In this document: one piece after another, positions 57,369-64,000 of the stretch
How positions within the stretch are numbered: position 1 is the first letter of the stretch
Layout: every line of letters starts with the position of its first letter
The notes under the pieces: generated by a model
Databases searched by the model: none
Seen by the model: only the letters and a program-made list of their open reading frames with translations
Told to the model about the DNA's origin: nothing
Position numbers and translations under genes: made by a program
From: Eledone cirrhosa
Taxonomy: Eukaryota
Direction: 5' to 3'
Assembly (NCBI GenBank): GCA_964016885.1
Contig: OZ024743.1
Location: forward strand, 219,542,001 to 219,606,000
DNA: 64,000 nt

Positions 57369-57371
<3 letters not shown>
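56633..57371. mobile_element. Fold-back PLE-end element in (TA)n
   Basis: ~220-bp arms 56637-56855 and 57045-57290; tail GCTC..GAGC at 57307-57332. Confidence 0.85.
57033..57113 (+). ncRNA. Complete type I hammerhead ribozyme
   Basis: aacaacta-CTGAGGA-gca...tgc-GAAAC-agt(ctccaat)act-GTC-tagttgtt: 8-bp stem I, 5-bp stem III and GUC site. Confidence 0.9.
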
Positions 57372-57407
<36 letters not shown>

Positions 57408-57408
<1 letters not shown>

Positions 57409-58276
57409 GAGGTCAGAAAAGTTCCAGGACTGATGTCACAAAAGATTTATTTCAAACCAAAACTTCACACTAAGAGTTTTCTCCTTCAAACTAATCCCCC
57501 TGGAGTCTAATGCACTTTTCCATCCTTTTCTGCCACGCTTGCATGCACTCCTGGAAGGATTCTTCCGGGATCCTCCGCAATTCCGTCGTCACGGCCTTTT
57601 TGATGTCGTCCACATCTTCAGAACAGGTCCCTTCCGGGTCGTACTCGAAGATCCATGACTCGTCACCGGTGATGACTGTCCCTAGCAAGTCTGGTTCGGT
57701 TTCAAGACGCTCGAGGATGTCCTGGCCCACTTGCATGCGTCGACCCTTCTGGTCGTCGTTCAGCAGTTTTGGCACCATCTTCGCGCAGACTTTCCGCATG
57801 TCCAAATCTTGAGTGAGAATCTTCCAGATGCTGTCCCGATTCATGCCCAGCACATTTGCCATCAGTCGAACAGTCAGCCGACGATCGCTACGCACCATCT
57901 GCCTGACGCGCTCAACGTTGACCTCAGTCCAGGTTGTTGAGGGCCTTACGTACCTGGGGTCATCTTCCACGTCCTCGCGTCCTTCTTTAAACTCTCCATA
58001 CACTTGCTGCAGCAATCCCAGTGCTTCTGACGGAGTTTTCCCCAACTGTACCAGAAACTTCAAGTTTGTTCGTTGCTCTGTGCTCATTGCTTGACGACCT
58101 GAAACAGAACATGTATATAAAATTATGAAGAAAAAAGTTTGATAGCCGAAGAGAGCTAAGATTACAGTTACATACACCAGGGGGATTACTTTGAAGGAGA
58201 AAACTCTTAGTGTGAAGTTTGGGTTTGAAATAAATCTTTTGTGACATCAGTCCTGGAACTTTTCTGACACACCTCG
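57408..58276 (-). mobile_element. Mariner deletion derivative with extended ~95-bp inverted repeats
   Basis: ORF 57491-58177 has [38 protein letters not shown] joined to the C-terminal KCIRLQGD. TIR matches the 16284 family; TA TSD. Confidence 0.9.
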
Positions 58277-58348
58277 TATATATAAAATAACAGGACGCTG
58301 GACTGGTGTAAATCCTTGAAAGGTTTATAATACTAAATATATATATTA

Positions 58349-58480
<132 letters not shown>

Positions 58481-58521
58481 TTGTATATATATATATATAT
58501 ATATTTGTATATATATATATT

Positions 58522-58568
<47 letters not shown>

Positions 58569-58572
<4 letters not shown>

Positions 58573-58888
58573 AGGAGGTGAGTTTTATTGTAGCACAATA
58601 AAGCAATGCAAATATCGGATAAGTAGCACTCTACAGTTTGTAGGACTGGAGTATAAATAATATAAAATCAAAAGATGGTTAAAAGAGTTCCAAGTATTTT
58701 ATTATGCGCATTTCAAAAATAAATATGTTGATTTAAAACTTCACTATTCACAAGTGTTTTTTAAGCTTCATATCATGTATCCCTATTTTATCTGATGAGA
58801 ACGCAGATATCATCCCATGATGATATTTGTTTTTGAAATGCGCATAATAAAATACTTGGAACTTTTTTAACCATCTTTTGATCTTATA
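58569..58888. mobile_element. Short fold-back copy of the 2182-5704 PLE end, with hammerhead at 58784-58854 (+)
   Basis: Same tail and pseudo-LTR as the long element, no ORF, (TA)n on both sides. Confidence 0.9.
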
Positions 58889-58912
58889 TATATATATATA
58901 TATGTATATATA

Positions 58913-61900
58913 TCTTATATATAAAGTGAAGTTGGGCGTTGTTTGTTTGTTTGGTGTCCCGAACTTGCAGGCTACACCGTTCATCCGATTCTCATGAAAC
59001 TTGACACATATATAAAACTCGACCCGTAGATTGGAATAGGCTGCTTGAAATTTTTGAAAAATCGATAATCGGGCCCCCAGAAGCCAAAAATCGATATTTA
59101 AAAAAATCGTCCGATTTCGATGAAACTCGATGCATGTGTGTATTTTGATCCGGGGATGAACGTGGGCTACATTAAAAAAATCGATAATTGGATAAACAAA
59201 AAAAATCGATAATTGGATAAATCAGAGGCAAAAATCGATATTTACGAAATTTGTCCGATTCCAATAAAATTTGACGTAGGAATGTATTTTGATGCGGGGA
59301 TCAACGTGAGGGTACTTGAATCGGTAATCGGACCCCCAGAGGCAAAAATCCGGCAACCGAAAAACGCCATTCTTCTTGCTTCCATTTGTCGCGACTCTCG
59401 CCATGCAAAAAAACGTTCAATCTATCAGGATTATCCACCGTAAGTCTCTTTAAATTAACCCTCACCATATTCAGCAAACCTTTTATGCCGATTCTTCCAT
59501 TTCTTATATAAGGACTATCAAGACTATACCGCCGCGCATCATCCTGTATTGCGCCCAGTCTTCTCAAGTGATCATCGAGCCTCCATGCGCTCTCTTCATT
59601 CCCGTGGTCCCACTACCATAGCTTAATGAGGCATCCGTCAACCCCTGCCCCCACCCTTCTCTGCACGCCGTCGACCCACTGCATCGTTGTGCATCACCAT
59701 GCGCATCTCTGCCTTGTCAGCCGCAATTCATTCCCCGGCCCTTTCCATTGCCTGCTCTCCGTGGTCCCTAAGGACTGCCACGGTTCAACATGCCGAATAC
59801 CTGCCACCGTCCACCCCTGCCCATTTCCATTGCATACACACCGGGAGAGCTCAAGACTTCCATGCCTGACCAAGCCGCATCCCTACCACCGTCAACCCCT
59901 GCCCTCTCCCTTCTCGGCACGCCGTCGTCCCACTGCATCGTCATGCCTCACCATGTCGCATCCATGCTCTGTCAGCCGTCATGCCCTCTCCTGCCCTCTC
60001 CCTTACCCGCACGCCTTGGTCCTTCAAGAGTGCCATGGCTCACCATGCGGAATCCCTGCAACCGTCAATCCTGGCCATATCCCTTCCCTGCATGCCGTCG
60101 ACCCACTGCATCGTTATACCTCACCATGCCGCATCCATGATCTGTCAGCCGCCATCCCCTCCTCATCCTTTTATTTTGCCTTTCCGCCGTGCTCCTTCAA
60201 GACTGCCATGCCTAACCAAACCGCATCCCTGCTACCGTCAACCCCTGCCCTCTCCCTTGCCCGCACGCCTTGGTCCCTCACGACTGCCATGGCTCACCAT
60301 GCGGCATTCCTGCCCTATCAGCAACTTGCTCAAATGTCATCAGCATGGTTTATTCCTGCGCCGCACATAACCGCCCATTATCTCAGACCAAAGACAGCAC
60401 CGAACATGAAGACGATCCTGTGTAAGTCTTTTTACATTCATTTTGACCATATTTAACAAAATTAAACAAAAATTCATCCCTTTCTCCTCCAAAGCCTCCC
60501 AATCATGTATGGCTGATAAACATCCTGCCTTGCACCCGGTTTTCTCAAACAATCATTGTGCCTCCCGGTGCTCTCTACATTCCCGAGGTGCAACTCAATT
60601 GGCATGCCGCATCCACGCCCTGTCAGCCGCCATGCACCCTGCCCTTTCGTCATGCCTCATCATGTTGCATCCCTGCCCTGTCAGCCGCCATCCACTCCCC
60701 GACCCATTCCACTGCCTAGGCATGGCAGTCTTGAGGGACCAAGTCGCATCCCTGCCACCGTCAACCCCTGCCCTCTCCGTTCCCTGCACGCCGTCGTCCC
60801 ACTGCATCGTCATGCATCCCCATGCCGCATCATTGCTCTGTCAGCCGCCATCCCCTCCTCGGGCCTTTCTTTTGCCTGCCCGCAGTGCTCCTTCAAGACT
60901 GCCATGGCTCACCATGCGGCATCAGTGCCACCGTCCACCCCTTCCCTCTTCCTTGCCTGCTGGCCGTCGTCTCACTGCATCGTCATGCCTCAGGATGCCG
61001 CATCTATGCACTGTCAACCACCATCCCCTCCTCGGCCCTTTCTTTTGTCTGACCGCCGTGCTCCTTCAAGACTCCCATGGCTATCTATGCCGCATCAATT
61101 CCTTGCCACCCGCTTAAACGTCATCAGCATGGCTTATTGTTGCTCCATTTGACCACCGATTTTCGCAGGCTAAACACAATACCAACGTGCACGATAGTCC
61201 ATGGTAAATCTTTTTAATTACATGTTCATCATGCTAAGCAAAGGATGAATAGCAACTCTTTCATTTCTCCTGACATGCCTTTCTGTCAATTATGGCCGAG
61301 AAGAATCCTGTGTAGCATCGCAATTGACTCACAACTCCGCATCTATTCACTGCGACGCCCCTAAACATCATCAGCATGGCTTATTTTTCTGCCGCGTTTA
61401 ACCGGCCCTCATTCTAGGCCATAAACAACAAAACCGCACGATGATGCTGCGTATGTCTATTTAAATTAATGGTCAACATGTTCAGCAAAACAATTGTACC
61501 AGTTCTTCCTCTTCACCTCCAAGGCATCTTAGAGGTCGGGAATCGCAATTTTTACGATTTCAATATTGACACAACAGTCCGTCAGGTTTTTCGGCACATG
61601 TTGCTCCGATAGGAATATCAACGTGATTTTCACTTAATTCGTAAGTGTTCAGTCTTCCGTATGCTTTTATTTTTTTTATTGATACAACACCGACTACAAT
61701 CATCTAACTTCACCGTGTAGGCTAGACGCGAATCACAAGGAAAACAACCCCACCAAATTCTTTGGTCTACCTAGATTTCAATGACTATATCCTTTGCTTT
61801 TGTACGGTTGTACATTTGACAATGTCGCAAAACACTATTCCACTTGATTCTTACCTTTTAGCTATGAATTGGGCAGTGCCTTAAAATCCCGGTTTATTTG

Positions 61901-62820
61901 CGTGCAATTTTTTTGTATCTTATGAATGGAGAATCGAAAACCCTTTTTCTCATAACCTGATACATGCGTTACACATGCTCCATGGATGTTTGTGGACTAT
62001 TTTTTCAAAATACCAATATCACAGATTGGAGCACAAAAAGAAACGTTTGTTCTTCATTTATTTCGGTTAAAGCATCCTGCTGGAATTTAGCGCAGACCCG
62101 TTTAAATCCAGCGCCTTATAACCCCGAGTGTAACCGGGTACACCAGCTAGAAAGACAAATGGAAACATTCTTTCCTCGGTCCGATTTGACGAAAGTCGAT
62201 TTAGTTCCACAACAAATTAACAAACCATACTTGAAGACACGTTGAGGCTGTTGCAAAGACACAATTTTGATCAACTTTTTATCACCTATAGCAAATTTAC
62301 CGGGACAGGTTTTTAGCTACTCAAATCTACTTCAGAGGTCACGCATTCATGTAAAAAATCAATAAAACTGAAGCGGGGGTCGAAGTTGCACATGGGAAAA
62401 CTTTTTACAGGAACGTCCGATTTTCTTGAAATCTGTCTCAAAAGACTCGCCATTATGCCGCAGTTCAGATAAAGTCCCTTTTATTTATTCTTCTGCACAT
62501 GTGTGCGCGAAAATTGTGAAAAAAAAAAAAAACTGAATAAATCGATTTTTTCACCCTGCTTTAAAAAACAACTGAAAATTAAATTTCAAGTGAATTTAAC
62601 TTCCGTCAGTCGTGCCAAGAACAATTTCAACGATACACTGTGAACCTACAATTGATCCATTATTTATGCTCAATTACACACCTGCGTCTACTAACCTCTG
62701 TTTTTTTCCTTGAGGTTCGAAGGTTTTTGCACCTGTGATGTGCGGGAAGTAACTTTAACACATTTTAACACCAGAGCAAAGATCGACTTACACCCGGGCA
62801 ACGCTGGGTACTTCTGCTAG
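58913..62820 (+). mobile_element. Composite non-autonomous Helitron (~3.9 kb) with two 3' termini
   Basis: Starts A|TCTTATATATAAAG; hairpin + CTAG at 62122-62150 and again at 62793-62820, the latter followed by T. Confidence 0.7.
59630..61115. repeat. GC-rich degenerate tandem repeats (ccgtcaacccctgccctc...ccactgcatcgtcatgc...) inside the Helitron
   Basis: Two blocks, at 59630-60320 and 60600-61115. Confidence 0.8.
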
Positions 62821-62836
62821 TATATATATATATATT

Positions 62837-62913
<77 letters not shown>

Positions 62914-62984
62914 ATGTATATGTATCTTCTGTGTGTGTGTGTGTGTACGTATATATATATATATATATGTATATGTGTGTATAT

Positions 62985-63574
62985 GTGCTACTGGTAACAT
63001 GTATCCCAGTACAACCTGTCTCATGGTCGGGTCGTTGGCGACTAAACTGGCAACCCCACCAAGGTTTCTTGGTGAGGAGGGTGACTTTGGACATCCTGCA
63101 GGACTAAAAACAAAACCTGTCAAAGGGCAAGGGAGCTCTTAAGAGTCAATAGCCATCCAAAATCACCGGGAGAGATGACCCCTTAGCCTTTGTCAAGGCA
63201 GAATTCTAGGAGAAGGAAAACTCTGATATAACACCTGCAATCCTGATGGTATCCAATGATGTTGACCTGTTCTTCTTTTTGGTAAATATCATCTTGGTTA
63301 AGAGAGTGGGACTGGCTTTGTGCAGTGCCTTTGCTCACTATAAAAGCTTCACAGCACAGGCATTGCTTTATATCTGGAGATCTCTCTGCACTTGTCATCA
63401 CATGGTACCATGGGCCCTGCACTATGTGTCAATAATGGTCACAAGTGTAGTCTTTGTACCAGAGTTTTCAAGTCGCTGGTTGGACTAAAGTCACATTCGT
63501 TCAGCGCATCGGTAGGGGTTCTCCTACATGGATATAAAGTAGTGGCCGTACTCGAAAACGAGTTGGCAGCCACC
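62985..63574 (+). mobile_element. RTE-derived non-autonomous element, third copy
   Basis: Closely similar to 53330-53920; ends ggcagccacc(at)n. Confidence 0.85.
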
Positions 63575-63604
63575 ATATATATATATGTATATACATGTGT
63601 ATAA

Positions 63605-63641
<37 letters not shown>

Positions 63642-63854
63642 AATATAACTATTTTGCTAATAAAAATAAACTAAATGCTACAGTGGTAAATGTTTAATCC
63701 GAAGTTGGACCCTGATATATCGGCCGATTCAATCTATCTGACCATCTTATGTAGAGGTAATGTGAACGTAAAACTAGAATCCAGAAACATGAGAAGCAAT
63801 GTAAGTGAGACTGTGTCATAAAACATGCGCAGACGAATGAATCGTGCCTCTGTT

Positions 63855-64000
63855 TACACACACACATATACAGACAAACTCACACACACATATACATACA
63901 AACTCACACACACATATACAGACAAACTCACACACACATATACAGACAAACTCACACACACATATACAGACAAACTCACACACACATATACAGACAAACT
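63855..64000. repeat. 24-bp minisatellite (acacacacatatacagacaaactc)
   Basis: About 6 copies up to the window end. Confidence 0.9.

Noticed and set aside
59626-61152. Overlapping 200-276-aa Pro/Cys/His-rich ORFs
   Set aside because: GC-rich tandem repeat open in several frames; no Rep or helicase motifs.

Overview
AT-rich, microsatellite-saturated eukaryotic DNA with no host protein-coding exon I can support. The repeat content suggests a coleoid cephalopod (octopus-like) intron or intergenic region; this is an inference. Most ORF-track entries are translations of (TA)n, (CA)n, (ATGT)n and (GGT/GTT)n repeats. Real content: two decayed Penelope-like elements (PLEs; RT + GIY-YIG, Naiad-like motifs) at about 2.2-5.7 kb (+) and 38.6-41.6 kb (-), three mariner relics, Tigger/mariner/hAT-like MITEs, four non-autonomous Helitrons, tRNA-derived SINEs, an RTE-derived bipartite element, and CR1/L2- and CRE-like LINE fragments. 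There is also a 6-kb GGT/GTT array with a 1312-bp higher-order repeat. The main observation is about 20 short, mutually divergent inserts, almost all in (TA)n tracts, that share one architecture with the PLE ends: inverted arms carrying a type I hammerhead ribozyme (often with a long stem II or a variant core). One arm stops at a TA microhomology, and the other continues into a tail that starts with a position-fixed RCTC...GAGY stem showing A:T to G:C covariation. This looks like a (TA)n-targeted, ribozyme-bearing fold-back retroelement system with a possibly undescribed cis-acting RNA signal.
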